A stretch of DNA of 64,000 nucleotides from Deltaproteobacteria bacterium (GTDB taxonomy: Bacteria > Desulfobacterota > Deferrimicrobia > Deferrimicrobiales > Deferrimicrobiaceae), in assembly GCA_016234845.1 (NCBI GenBank), contig JACRNP010000012.1:478-64477 (forward strand). The letters are read 5' to 3'. Below are positions 35,899 through 45,986 of the stretch, in pieces. Every line of letters begins with the position of its first letter. The stretch's first letter is position 1. The position numbers were made by a program, and so were the translations under genes. The notes below the pieces were generated by a model that ran no database searches, had not been told where the DNA came from, and saw nothing but the letters and a program-made list of their open reading frames with translations.

Positions 35899-38205
35899 AT
35901 GAAGAAGATCGCGGTAATCGGGATCGCATGGGTTGCCTTCCTGGCCCTGCCCGCGCTCCTTGTTCAAGGTAAGACGCTGGTCGAGGACGACTACACCAGC
36001 GTTGCGCATCCCGGGCGGGAGGCCGTCGGGGGAGAAATCACCGCCGACAACACGGGCAGGGGGTGGAAAGCCAGGGCGGAGGGGGACCACCTCCGCTACC
36101 TTGCTCCCGAGGGGACGTTGCCCGCGCGGGAGGGAACGGTGGAATTGGTGTTCCAACCTGGGTCGCTCGTCGGCCGGGGGTCGGAAGCACTATGCACGTT
36201 CGAGGGACCTGGAGGCAACGCGATCCTGACCCTCTATTTCTCGCGGGCGCGGCGTTTGGAAGGTAAAGACGTGTCCGTCCTTTGGCTCGACGCCGAGGCC
36301 GGCCGCACCAGCCCCTTCGGGGACCTGGTTTCCCTGGACCGGATGGTGGCTTCGGGGGAATCGGTAGTTCTTTCGCTGGCGTGGAGCGCGGGCGATCCGT
36401 CCTCCGGCGGATTCTTCCTGGACGGCAAGCCGCTGCGAAATTTCTACTCCATGTCTTCCGGAACTTTGCTTCGCACCGGGTCGGCCTCTTCCCTTGCCCG
36501 GTTGATCTCGGGCGTGGAGTCGGTCCGCCTGGGAACTGATGGACGGGGGAAACATCCCCTCGTGTCCAACGCGGTCCGGCGGCTGGCGGTCCATGACCGG
36601 AACCTCATGGCCTCCGGGTCGGGAAAGGGGGGAATCGACTCGGTCCGCGACGACTCATTCAAGATCGCCGGAATCTCCGGGAAACTCGTGGCGGGAGACA
36701 CGGTGACCGTCGAACTCACCGCCCCCCCGGGCGGAAAGGCATCGTTCGACATGGGAGTCGCCCTTGGAATCCCCCTTGCGGAGGCGCCTACGGCGTCCGG
36801 ATCCGGGGGCGGTTCCATCCCCCTCCTTTCCGCGTACACGGGGAGCTACGTAATCCGTCCCGGGGACGACTTCGAAAACGGGAGGATCATCGGACGGTAC
36901 GTATCCGGGGACAACGTGGCGTCGGACCCGGTCACGAGCGCGTCGACGTGGACGATCGACACAAAACCGCGCGTCACCTTCGTGATCGACAGGAAGGACC
37001 TGTCGGCGGATTCCACGAGCAAGGCGCGGATCAAGCTCGTCGCGAAAGACGCAAACGGGAGCCCGGTGAAGGGGCGTCACCTGAAGCTGACGCTGGCGAC
37101 CACCGATGAGTATACGGGTACCGTGGGCGCAGGCGATTTCGGCAAGGAGGTGGGCGCCACCGTGGAAACGCGGTGGCGGGGGGAGACCGATTCCTGGGGC
37201 GAGGTGGAGTTCGACTACAAGGCCGGGTTTGCCGCCAAGACGGTCGTCCTCACCGCGAAGGATCTCGATTCCGGCGGAGTCTCCGTCGACTACATAACGG
37301 CCTTCAAGGAAGCGTCGATCGACATCGCGTTGATGCCTCCTGCCAGTCGGGCCGCGGCCCGGCGAAGCGTACAGTACATCCTCAAGGTGGCGGCATCGCG
37401 GACGGAACTGACCGCCGACGGTCGAAGCCGGTCGGTGATCCGCGCGACCCTTCTGGACCCGAACGGGACTCCGGTGACGGGAGATCCCGTGCAGTTTACC
37501 CTTTCGAGCGCCAACGGGACGTTGCGGGCGGTCACCGGGACGAGCGATTCCTCCGGGACGGCCACGGCGGAGTATATAGCGGGCAAGAAGATCGGAATCG
37601 TGGTGGTTTCAGCGACCGCGACTTTGCGAAACGTCACCGGGAACGTGAGCATCACGCTCCTCTCGGACGCTCCGGCGAAGGTGATCCTGAAAGCGCGCCC
37701 CTCCACTCTGCCGGCGGACGGGACCAGCCGCGCCGACATCGGCGTCACGGTGACCGACATCAATGACAACCCGAACGCGAACACGAGGATCGAGTTTCGG
37801 ATCGCCAGGGGAGGCGGGAGGCTCGATTCGCCGGACCGTCTGACCGATCGCTTCGGAGATGCCGCGAACCGGTACACGGCGGGTACGACCGCGGGAGTCG
37901 CGACGATCACCGCCACGGTCCGGTCGAAGACGCCGACGGAATCGGAACTCGCGCGCGCCAGAAACGTGCTCTTCGCCCGCTATTCGGCGGACGGCGACGA
38001 GATCCGGGTGGAGAAGTGGCTGAAGAAAAAGGGCGATACGGCGGTCAAGGGCGAGCCTGTAATGCAGTACACTGTGGGGCGAAGCCGCGATGTGCAGTCT
38101 ATTACCGCCCCGTTCGACCTGCGGATCGATGAAATCCTCGTCGAATACTGGGACCGGGGGGAAATCGGGCAGACGGTGGCAACGGTCACTCCTGTCGTAA
38201 AATAG
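35899..38205 (+). CDS. Secreted cell-surface protein with bacterial Ig-like (Big_1, invasin/intimin-type) domains
   Basis: The signal peptide is MKKIAVIGIAWVAFLALPALLVQG. Big_1-like segments are LTADGRSRSVIRATLLDPNGTPVTGDPVQFTLSSANGTL...GTATAEYIAGKKIGIVVVSATA and LPADGTSRADIGVTVTDINDNPNANTRIEFRIARGGGRL. Confidence 0.65.
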   Translation: MKKIAVIGIAWVAFLALPALLVQGKTLVEDDYTSVAHPGREAVGGEITADNTGRGWKARAEGDHLRYLAPEGTLPAREGTVELVFQPGSLVGRGSEALCTFEGPGGNAILTLYFSRARRLEGKDVSVLWLDAEAGRTSPFGDLVSLDRMVASGESVVLSLAWSAGDPSSGGFFLDGKPLRNFYSMSSGTLLRTGSASSLARLISGVESVRLGTDGRGKHPLVSNAVRRLAVHDRNLMASGSGKGGIDSVRDDSFKIAGISGKLVAGDTVTVELTAPPGGKASFDMGVALGIPLAEAPTASGSGGGSIPLLSAYTGSYVIRPGDDFENGRIIGRYVSGDNVASDPVTSASTWTIDTKPRVTFVIDRKDLSADSTSKARIKLVAKDANGSPVKGRHLKLTLATTDEYTGTVGAGDFGKEVGATVETRWRGETDSWGEVEFDYKAGFAAKTVVLTAKDLDSGGVSVDYITAFKEASIDIALMPPASRAAARRSVQYILKVAASRTELTADGRSRSVIRATLLDPNGTPVTGDPVQFTLSSANGTLRAVTGTSDSSGTATAEYIAGKKIGIVVVSATATLRNVTGNVSITLLSDAPAKVILKARPSTLPADGTSRADIGVTVTDINDNPNANTRIEFRIARGGGRLDSPDRLTDRFGDAANRYTAGTTAGVATITATVRSKTPTESELARARNVLFARYSADGDEIRVEKWLKKKGDTAVKGEPVMQYTVGRSRDVQSITAPFDLRIDEILVEYWDRGEIGQTVATVTPVVK

Positions 38206-38295
38206 AGCAACGGAGTTCGTGCCGGCGGCACCGGTCCGCCGCAGGCGACGGTAAGACACGAGAAGTGAAAGGGCAGGGGCGGCGGTCGGGTTCCC

Positions 38296-40803
38296 ATGAC
38301 GTTCCTTTCGGCCGCGTTTTTCCTTTCCGGGGCGTCGGCGCTCCTGTTCGAAGTGTACTGGATCCGGCAGGTCACCCTGTCCATCGGGTCCTCTCCCGTC
38401 GCCTTCGCCGTCGTGTCATCGCTTTCGATCCTCGGTCTCGGCGTCGGAGCCAGGATGTTCCCCCGGGGGAATCCCGGGGGGAAGCGGCGCGCCTGGGTGG
38501 CGCCGGTGGCCTTCCAGTCGGGATTCGGCGTTTCGAACGCCCTTCTCTCCGGGCTTCCGTTTCCTCCGATTCCGTCCCTCCTCCTCTGTTCCCTGATCTC
38601 AGGTTTCGTCATCGCCGCCGTCATGGAAGAGCGGAGGCGGTCCCCGGCCGCGGATCAGGGAGCTGTCGGCTCTTTGTACGCGTCGAACTTCCTCGGAAGT
38701 GGATTCGGCGTCGCGCTCGGGGGATTTCTCCTCGTGCCTGCGACAGGGGTCTCCTCGACCCGGTGGGCGGCATTGGCGTTCAGCCTCCTGTCCCTGCCGC
38801 TTTACCTTGCCGCATTCCCGGGGGGATCGTCGAAACGGCTCGAATTGGAAACCGATGCACGACCCGCAGGAAAATTCGATCCCGTTCCATCCGCGATGGT
38901 GGCGGTCACCGGTGCGACGGGGATGGGAATGGAGATCCTGTGGGGCCGCTGGATCTCGCAAATGGCGGGCTCCTCGGTCTACACCTACTATTCGGTCCTC
39001 GCGGTCGCAATCGTCGCGTTCGGGGCAGGATGCCTCTCTCCACGCGTCATCGGGGGAGGGAGGCGATGTCTTTACGCCTATCTTTCGCTTGCGGTGGTTT
39101 ATCCTCTGTCGCTGCTCGTCGCCTTGCTCTCATTCGGCGAATTCGGGGTGTCTCCATATCGGTACGTCGCCGCCTTGACGGGTGGAAGTCCCGGGCCGGC
39201 CGTCCTGTCGTTCACGATCGTCGTAATGTCCCCGATTCTCTTCGGTTCGGGGCTCTTCTTCTCCTTCGCGGTCGGCGGCGGACTGTCGGACCGTCCGCCG
39301 CAGCACCGGACGCTGTTCATGCTCAATTGTCTGGGTGCGTCGGCAGGCGCCCTCGTCGTGCCGTTTGCCCTCATTCCGGCCGTCGGCACCGGGCCGGCTC
39401 TTTCCGCGGTGTGCGCGGCGAACCTCATCCCTGCGGCGGCCGTGGCGCTCCGCGCCGAGATGAAAGATCGTCGTCGCTGCATGTGGGCCGTCCTCGCTTC
39501 CGTTCCCTGCGTTGCTGCGGCAGCCTTCTGGCTCGCGGGTCGTCCCGCGATCTTTCTCCTGCACCGGGAGGGCGTCGGACTCGCCGGGAATGATGCGCCG
39601 TGGGGCGCATCCCCCGAGTTTCTCGAAGAGGGGCCGTTCTCCACGGTGATCGTCGGGGGGAAGCGGGGGCACGAGGTGCTTGTAGTGGACGGAAAACCCG
39701 AATCGCACGCGCTCCGGGACCGGCCGACACAGACGATGCTTGCCCAGCTTCCCTACCTCCTGAAGGGGGAAACGTTACGGGATGTGCTCCTGATCGGGCT
39801 CGGAAGCGGGGCCACCTTGGACGGGATTCTCCTGCACTCCGCCCGCGCCGTCGACTGCGTCGAGATCTCCCCCGAAGTCGTACGCGCGGTTCGCGAAGGA
39901 TACGGCCGCCGGTACGCCCCGGCCCTGTCGCGCCCGGGGGTTCGCATCGTCGTCGGTGATGGGCGGAGGTTCCTGCGGGATGCCGGGAAACGGTACGACC
40001 TCATCGTGTCCCAGCCATCCAACCCCTGGGTGATCGGCGCGTCCTCCCTGTTCTCCAGGGAGGCGTTCCTTGCCATGAGGCGCGCACTGGCGCCCGGCGG
40101 GGTCGCGGTAATATGGTTCCAGACATACGGCGTGTCGGCGGAGGATTTGCGCGTGGAACGCGACACGGTCCTGTCCGTATTCCGGGGCGTGCTCGCCTTC
40201 TCCTATTCGCCGGGAGACATCCTGTTCGTCTGCACCGCGGAACCGCTCGCCGTCGACGTACAAACGCTCAGGGACGGTCTTTCCGATCCGGCAATCCGGA
40301 AATACCTCCAACGGGAGGTCGGCATATCCACTCCTTCGGAACTCCTCGGGGGATTCCTGGGGGGCGCGAAGCGGGAAGGGACGCGGAACATGGAGTGGAA
40401 CACCGACGACCTTCCCGTCCTGGAGTACCGCATGGCGCGGTCCTTCCCGTTTCGCGATCCGTATCCTCCGTACGCGGAGATCATCGAGCCGCTCCAGGCG
40501 CGGGTGGAGCGAATCGCCGGATTACCGCCGGAAGGGACAAGGAGCAGGGGGGAATTCTTCCTGGAGTGGGGGGAGGCAGCATCGACATTCGGCCTGGCCC
40601 GGTTCGCGGAGGATCTGTTCCGCGAGGCGGTCCGCCTTCGCGGGGAGGACAGTCGATCGTTGAACGACCTCGGCATTGTCCGGTTCGAACGGAAGGAATA
40701 CAATGAATCATCCGACTTTTTCGAGGCCGCTTTGCGCCTCGATCCCGGGAACACCGTCGCCCGGGAGAACCTGGATGCCATCGGAAGGATGAGGCGAAGG
40801 TGA
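38296..40803 (+). CDS. Polytopic membrane protein fused to a spermidine-synthase-like (aminopropyltransferase / class I MTase fold) domain and a C-terminal TPR
   Basis: There are about 12 predicted TM segments in the first 400 aa. The SpeE-like core is VLLIGLGSGATLDGILLHSARAVDCVEISPEVV...VRIVVGDGRRFLRDAGKRYDLIVSQPSNPW. The C-terminal TPR is SLNDLGIVRFERKEYNESSDFFEAALRLDPGN. Confidence 0.7.
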   Translation: MTFLSAAFFLSGASALLFEVYWIRQVTLSIGSSPVAFAVVSSLSILGLGVGARMFPRGNPGGKRRAWVAPVAFQSGFGVSNALLSGLPFPPIPSLLLCSLISGFVIAAVMEERRRSPAADQGAVGSLYASNFLGSGFGVALGGFLLVPATGVSSTRWAALAFSLLSLPLYLAAFPGGSSKRLELETDARPAGKFDPVPSAMVAVTGATGMGMEILWGRWISQMAGSSVYTYYSVLAVAIVAFGAGCLSPRVIGGGRRCLYAYLSLAVVYPLSLLVALLSFGEFGVSPYRYVAALTGGSPGPAVLSFTIVVMSPILFGSGLFFSFAVGGGLSDRPPQHRTLFMLNCLGASAGALVVPFALIPAVGTGPALSAVCAANLIPAAAVALRAEMKDRRRCMWAVLASVPCVAAAAFWLAGRPAIFLLHREGVGLAGNDAPWGASPEFLEEGPFSTVIVGGKRGHEVLVVDGKPESHALRDRPTQTMLAQLPYLLKGETLRDVLLIGLGSGATLDGILLHSARAVDCVEISPEVVRAVREGYGRRYAPALSRPGVRIVVGDGRRFLRDAGKRYDLIVSQPSNPWVIGASSLFSREAFLAMRRALAPGGVAVIWFQTYGVSAEDLRVERDTVLSVFRGVLAFSYSPGDILFVCTAEPLAVDVQTLRDGLSDPAIRKYLQREVGISTPSELLGGFLGGAKREGTRNMEWNTDDLPVLEYRMARSFPFRDPYPPYAEIIEPLQARVERIAGLPPEGTRSRGEFFLEWGEAASTFGLARFAEDLFREAVRLRGEDSRSLNDLGIVRFERKEYNESSDFFEAALRLDPGNTVARENLDAIGRMRRR

Positions 40804-42170
40804 CTCGAACGAGAGCGCCGTTCCCGCTCCATCTCGGAATCCTCGCCGGGGTTCTGCTCCTCTCCCTTTGCGGTTGCCTGGGGGGTGGTTCCGCCGGGGT
40901 GGATCCCCCCGGGACGATTACGGGCACCGTTTCGATTCCCTCCACCGGGAAAACGGCGGGCATCGCTGTCCTGTTGCCCGCCCTCCGCCTGAAGACCGTC
41001 ACGGACAACACGGGGGCGTTCACCTTCGCGAACCTGCCGGCGGGTCCGTACACGGTCCAGGCGGAGGACAACGCCTACCGGCTGCAGGACCGGAAAACCG
41101 TGACGGTGAACGCCGGGCGGTCTTCAGGCGTTGTATTGACGCTCGTGCCGGATAACACGATCGGTACGGTGGTCGGCTCGGTTCCACGATCCGCGCTCGA
41201 TCCGTCGGGCAGGACCATCACCGCTTCGGTGCGGGACAACTACCTTTTCCTGGGAGATCACTTCGGCGGGGCGCCGATCGTCGATGTCGCCGACCCGCGG
41301 AATCCCGTCGTTCAATCGATCATCGGGCCGATCTCCATCCTGCCTCGTGGAACGACGTACATGACGTACCCCACGGAGGACGGGGACCATCTCGCAATCG
41401 TGAACAATATCGACGGGTTCCTGTATTACGACATCACGGACAAGGCAGCGCCGATCCTGTTGCGGCAGGTATACCTGGTCGACAATGCGATCGGCGGGAT
41501 CGATCCCGCCAGCCTGACCGACTATCCATATGCAGTACCGGCCGGGAAATTTGTCCTCTACCCGCAGTCCGTGACGGGCAAGGGAGACACCCTCTACGTG
41601 GCCGGCATGGACGTGATCCTGATCTACGACATCTCGAACCGCGCGAACCCTGTCCAGACCGGAGCGGTGGACAGGACGCGGATTGCCGGGGACGGCGCCG
41701 ATATCCACATTCACGACAACACCCTGCTGTATTCCGGCTCCGACCTGGTGGTATTCGATATCACGAATCCGCGGGCTCCTGCCCGTCTCGGCTCGTACAC
41801 CCCCGTGGGCGGATGGTCTCCGACGGGAGCGGCCGGATTCGGAAAGATCGTCGGAATGTCGACGATCGGCCATTTGGGACTGGGCATCCCCGGCATTCAA
41901 TTCATTAACGTCACCGATCCCGCTTCGCCGTCGGCCCTTGCCTCGTTCCCCGCCATTTCCCAAGGGATGGACTCCTCCTGGGATGGCTACTTCTACGCGG
42001 GAACCGACAATTCGATGACCGTGTACAAGGCGGACGAGGCGGCCATGAGCATCAGCGAGATGTACTCGGTGCCGGTGGTGGAGGATTACGCCATGAACGT
42101 GGCGGTGTCCGGCGACTATGCCTACGTGTCGGACAAGACGAAAGGGTTGAAGATCGTCAAGATCAAGTGA
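40800..42170 (+). CDS. Lipoprotein with a CarbopepD_reg-like domain and an LVIVD-repeat beta-propeller
   Basis: The GTG overlaps the upstream stop (GTGA). The lipobox is LLLSLCGC. The N-terminal domain is ITGTVSIPSTGKTAGIAVLL...FANLPAGPYTV. LVIVD-type repeats appear (for example DYAYVSDKTKGLKIVKI and GDTLYVAGMDVILIYDISNRANP). Confidence 0.65.
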   Translation: MTRTRAPFPLHLGILAGVLLLSLCGCLGGGSAGVDPPGTITGTVSIPSTGKTAGIAVLLPALRLKTVTDNTGAFTFANLPAGPYTVQAEDNAYRLQDRKTVTVNAGRSSGVVLTLVPDNTIGTVVGSVPRSALDPSGRTITASVRDNYLFLGDHFGGAPIVDVADPRNPVVQSIIGPISILPRGTTYMTYPTEDGDHLAIVNNIDGFLYYDITDKAAPILLRQVYLVDNAIGGIDPASLTDYPYAVPAGKFVLYPQSVTGKGDTLYVAGMDVILIYDISNRANPVQTGAVDRTRIAGDGADIHIHDNTLLYSGSDLVVFDITNPRAPARLGSYTPVGGWSPTGAAGFGKIVGMSTIGHLGLGIPGIQFINVTDPASPSALASFPAISQGMDSSWDGYFYAGTDNSMTVYKADEAAMSISEMYSVPVVEDYAMNVAVSGDYAYVSDKTKGLKIVKIK

Positions 42171-42178
42171 CGTCCCGT

Positions 42179-44500
42179 TCACTTCCGCCCCATTGCTCCC
42201 GGGGCGGAAACGTTCCGGTCGCGGACCGTTCCGAGTCTGGCCGCCCGGCGCAAATCCTCCGCTCCGCCCTCCGTGTCCCCGGCCCCGTTTCTTGCGATTC
42301 CTCGCAGAAAATACGATTCCGCGTCTCCAGGTGAAAGCGCGATTGCCGCGGAAAGGGATCTGACGGCTTCCGCGTACTTTCCCTCCGCACCCTGGACCTC
42401 GCCCAGCCGCCGCCAGGACTGGGGATTCCCCGGCGCGTATCTTGTCGCCCGCACCAGGTACTCCTCGGCCTTTCCCGGATCTCCCGCGGCGATGTGGCAT
42501 TCCCCGAGATTGTGAAGAGCGGGAGCGTAACTTCCGTTGACGGAGAGGGAAAGCTCGAACGCACGGATTGCTCCATCGAGGTCTCCCGTTTCAAACCGGA
42601 TGATACCCAACTTCGCGTAGGCGTCCTCGGAAGGGATGATCCGGATCGCCTCCCGGAGCTGTTCCTCCGCTCCCGGGGCGTCTCCCCATCCCTTGTAAAG
42701 GAGTATCCCTGCGAAGTACCGGGCCCAATAGTGGTCGGGCGCCGCGGCAAGGGAGTTGCGGAGCGTATCCGCCGCCTCGTCCCGCCGACCCAGAAACAAC
42801 GATCTTTCCGATGACATCCTGTGCATGTCGGAAACCAGTTCCCGGGTCCGATGATCCGGTCGGGGACCGGACGTCCGAAAGAAGGGTGTCGTGATGAACC
42901 GATCGCTCCGGAGATCGGGGAGATTCCCCGTCTTTGCCATGGAGAAGCCGTGGAGGAGTCCGAACGGGATGGAGACCTCCTCTCCGCCGGGGGCGTAGGG
43001 AGCCACCTGGTTGCTGAAATAGAGCTGCCCGGCATGTTTTCTCGATAGGGTTCGATCGATCTCCTTTCGTATCCGATCCTGTTCGGCGGGAAGGTCCTCG
43101 CCGTAAGCGGCGTTGTAATCGGTCCGGAAGAGGCGACCGCTGCGGCCGTACAAGGCCACGTCCTCCCGGTATCCTTCGACCAGGCGGAAGTAGAGGAGGG
43201 GGAACGTCGGAACGTCGTACTCCGTCGCCAGGGCGGATGACGGCGGAAGGGGATCCAGGAGATTGAGGGTGTATGCGTGCAGTTGCAGCGCTTCGGATCG
43301 GTCGGCCCGATCCCGGTTCGCGCGGATGGTCGCCGCCACCAGAAGAGCCAGGACGGAGAGGCAGATGGCTCCGGAAACGCGGCGGAAGGCCGCACCGGGT
43401 CGTCTCGCGGCGAATGCGGCGACCCATTCCCATATCTGCGCGGCGCCGAACGTGCATGCCAGCGCGAGCATCGCGTACGTTCCAAGGAACTTGTTGGAGC
43501 TGATCCCGAGAAAAATCTCCGGACTCGGATCGTTCAGGAGGAATATCGTACCCGCGGCGGGGAGGAGAAGCAGCATGAGGAACGCAGGAAGAAGATCGAG
43601 TCGGAATCGCCGCCAGAGAAGCCATGCTCCCGGCGGAAGGAGGAACGCGAAGGGCCACGGCCATTGCCCGCCGACGAGCCGAACGAGGTCCACTGTCCTT
43701 CGAAGAAGGCGTCCCCAGGAAAAATCGAGGGAAGGCCTCTCGGAGTACTGGGTCCAGAAGATATGACCGATGAAATTGGCGGCGGTTGATACTTCCCCCC
43801 AGTTCAGCGGCGGTCCGGTCGCAGCCCGCAGGGGAAGCAGAAGGAACAGGGACCAGCCGGCGGCTCCGCAGAGGATTGCATGGGGAATCGATCGCGCGGC
43901 GGCCCTCCACCCCGTTCTTCTTGCGAAGAGGAACGCGATTCCCGGAAGCGCGAACAGGATGAAATAGTGGATCCCCAGCATGAATCCGAAAAGGAACGCC
44001 GCGGAGCAAATGCGGTGATGATCGCGACGGGATCTTTCGGAACCGCCGATACCCGGAGGGACGGGAGGTGCCTGCGCGGCCAGCAAGAGGAGCAGCATGA
44101 GGCCGAATAAGTGGAGCGTATATACTTCCGCGGATCCGGATTGCGCCCAGATATCCGCGGAGAGGACCATCAGGATGGCTCCGAGAATCGAAGGGGCCGC
44201 GAGGCCGGTGACACGGAGCGCAAACAGGGCGAATACGGAAGACGCCGCGGCGGTCCCGATGGCAGACAGCAAGTTCAGACGGAACGCGGTGTTTCCGAGC
44301 GGGAGGAGTTCCGCGATCTTCCCGAGGACGACGTAGTGCGGGTACCCGGGAGGGTGGGGGATCCCGAGGACGTGGGCGGCGGCGGTGAACTCCGGGCTGT
44401 CTCCGGGATAGATCGATGGCGCAACGGTGAAGGAGAGCGCCCCCATCGCCGCGACGAAAGGAACCAGAACAACGGCGAGGAGGCGCCTTCGCTCATCCAC
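42179..44500 (-). CDS. DUF2723/PMT-like (GT39/GT83-type) polytopic glycosyltransferase-family membrane protein with C-terminal TPR repeats
   Basis: It is convergent with the upstream + gene, 8 bp apart. The N-terminal 520 aa are very hydrophobic (more than 10 TM) and carry the family-like N-terminal motif YPGDSPEFTAAAHVLGIPHPPGYP. The C-terminal 250 aa are TPRs (AGILLYKGWGD..., ALHNLGECHIAAGDPGKAEEYL..., SWRRLGEVQGAEGKYAEAVRSL...). Confidence 0.7.
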   Translation of the reverse strand: MDERRRLLAVVLVPFVAAMGALSFTVAPSIYPGDSPEFTAAAHVLGIPHPPGYPHYVVLGKIAELLPLGNTAFRLNLLSAIGTAAASSVFALFALRVTGLAAPSILGAILMVLSADIWAQSGSAEVYTLHLFGLMLLLLLAAQAPPVPPGIGGSERSRRDHHRICSAAFLFGFMLGIHYFILFALPGIAFLFARRTGWRAAARSIPHAILCGAAGWSLFLLLPLRAATGPPLNWGEVSTAANFIGHIFWTQYSERPSLDFSWGRLLRRTVDLVRLVGGQWPWPFAFLLPPGAWLLWRRFRLDLLPAFLMLLLLPAAGTIFLLNDPSPEIFLGISSNKFLGTYAMLALACTFGAAQIWEWVAAFAARRPGAAFRRVSGAICLSVLALLVAATIRANRDRADRSEALQLHAYTLNLLDPLPPSSALATEYDVPTFPLLYFRLVEGYREDVALYGRSGRLFRTDYNAAYGEDLPAEQDRIRKEIDRTLSRKHAGQLYFSNQVAPYAPGGEEVSIPFGLLHGFSMAKTGNLPDLRSDRFITTPFFRTSGPRPDHRTRELVSDMHRMSSERSLFLGRRDEAADTLRNSLAAAPDHYWARYFAGILLYKGWGDAPGAEEQLREAIRIIPSEDAYAKLGIIRFETGDLDGAIRAFELSLSVNGSYAPALHNLGECHIAAGDPGKAEEYLVRATRYAPGNPQSWRRLGEVQGAEGKYAEAVRSLSAAIALSPGDAESYFLRGIARNGAGDTEGGAEDLRRAARLGTVRDRNVSAPGAMGRK

Positions 44501-45986
44501 GGTCGGACACCATCGCCATTATCCGTGCCGCCACCCGGGCCTTCCGGATTAGTTCGCCCGGTGAACCGATGGACAACATCTGCCGACCCACGTATTTCCA
44601 ATTCAGATAGAACTCCCGGTAGGCGCTCCGCAGGCACCGTTCCAGTTCCGCGGAAGGAATCCCGGAAAACAGGTGGTTGTGTACGGGAGCGGAGTGGAGG
44701 CCGTGAAGCGCATTCTTCCCGATGTAGGTGGAGGAGCGGACTCCGCAGTTGCGCTCGAGGTCTCCGTACAGCTCGGTGCCGGGGAAAGGGGTGCAGATCG
44801 ACATGGTGAAATAGGTCGGGCGAATCTCCCGAATGAGGCGGATCGTCTCCTGGAAGTCCGCCGGCGATTCTCCGGGAAGCCCGACCATGGTATGGGAATG
44901 CGTGGATAGTCCCGACTTCCGGCAAGCCTCGAAAGCGGCCACGGTATCGGCCACGGAGATCCCTTTCCGGATCCGGTCGAGGACCGGCTGGCTTCCCGAC
45001 TCCACCCCCATCCGCACGAGGTGGCATCCGGCGGACCGCATCGCCCTTGCGGCCTCCTCATCGATCATATCCACCCGGGTGCTGCATATCCATTCGATCC
45101 GGATGCCCAGGCGGGATATTTCCGAACAGATCCGGAAGAGCCGCCGTCGATCCCCCGTGAACAGTTCATCCCGGAAGAATACCTCCCGATACCCTTCGTC
45201 GCGGACGACGCGCAGCTCGGATATGACGGACTCCGCGGACCGATATCGGGCTCTCCCCCCGAAGAATCCGGGCGAGGAGCAGAAGGTGCACCGGCCGAAG
45301 CAGCCGCGGGACGTGAACATCGTGGTGAAGCGCCGATGCCGCACGACCGGATTGAAGTACCTCCGGCTGTCCGGCAGCAGTTTTCGATCGGGAACCGGGA
45401 GGGAGTCCAGGTCCGGAGATGGCCCGGTGGTTTCCGGGAGCTCGACGACCCCGCCCCTCCTCCGGCCGACTCCGGGGATCTCTCCGAACCGGTATCCACC
45501 GTCGGTGAGGGATCGGCAGAGGCCGGAGAGGGCCGTCTCCGGCTCTCCGCATACGATGTAATCGATGCCGTCCCGGGCCAGCGCCTCCGCCGGCTGGAAG
45601 GTAGGAAAAGCACCGAGAAGAACGGTACGGGCGCCGGTGTTCGACCGCATCCGCCGGAGAAACGGGACGTCGATTTCCGCGCTGAGAGGCGAGGAAACGC
45701 AGATCAACAGGTCCTCCGGTGAAAGACGCGCTGCGACTTCCGACTCGGAGAGTCCTTCCGCCGGCGCGTCGGCGATCCGTGCGGGAATCCCTTCGCGGAG
45801 CAACATCGTCGCCATCTGGGCGAGGGGGACGGGGGGGAATTCGATGCCGCCGACCCTCCTGCCGCCGCACCAGCACCCGTGCATCAGGTCCCGGACAAGT
45901 CCCCGGTTTCCCGGCAGCGGGGGATTAACGAACAGTGCGCGCAACGATTTTCCCCCTCGATGTCTCCCGATTTCCCACGAGGCAAC
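44493..45986 (-). CDS. B12-binding-domain radical SAM protein (class B rSAM, methyltransferase-like)
   Basis: A cobalamin-binding-like N-terminus (ALFVNPPLP...IADAPAEGL...DLLICVSS) is followed by the rSAM cluster TSRGCFGRCTFCSS. The start is uncertain: the ORF track gives 46031, while a GTG near 45986 would reduce overlap with the upstream gene. Confidence 0.75.
   Translation of the reverse strand, partial: VASWEIGRHRGGKSLRALFVNPPLPGNRGLVRDLMHGCWCGGRRVGGIEFPPVPLAQMATMLLREGIPARIADAPAEGLSESEVAARLSPEDLLICVSSPLSAEIDVPFLRRMRSNTGARTVLLGAFPTFQPAEALARDGIDYIVCGEPETALSGLCRSLTDGGYRFGEIPGVGRRRGGVVELPETTGPSPDLDSLPVPDRKLLPDSRRYFNPVVRHRRFTTMFTSRGCFGRCTFCSSPGFFGGRARYRSAESVISELRVVRDEGYREVFFRDELFTGDRRRLFRICSEISRLGIRIEWICSTRVDMIDEEAARAMRSAGCHLVRMGVESGSQPVLDRIRKGISVADTVAAFEACRKSGLSTHSHTMVGLPGESPADFQETIRLIREIRPTYFTMSICTPFPGTELYGDLERNCGVRSSTYIGKNALHGLHSAPVHNHLFSGIPSAELERCLRSAYREFYLNWKYVGRQMLSIGSPGELIRKARVAARIMAMVSDRG

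Noticed and set aside
38206-38295. GTGCC-GGC-GGCAC hairpin in the spacer after the Big_1 gene, as a terminator
   Set aside because: It has a 5-bp stem and a 3-nt loop in GC-rich context with no downstream T-run. It is indistinguishable from chance in 70% GC DNA.
42165-42190. Possible bidirectional terminator between the convergent genes ending at 42170 (+) and 42179 (-)
   Set aside because: There is only a short imperfect inverted repeat (AGTGA...TCACT) and no T or A run. With 8 bp between stops there is no room for a convincing terminator.
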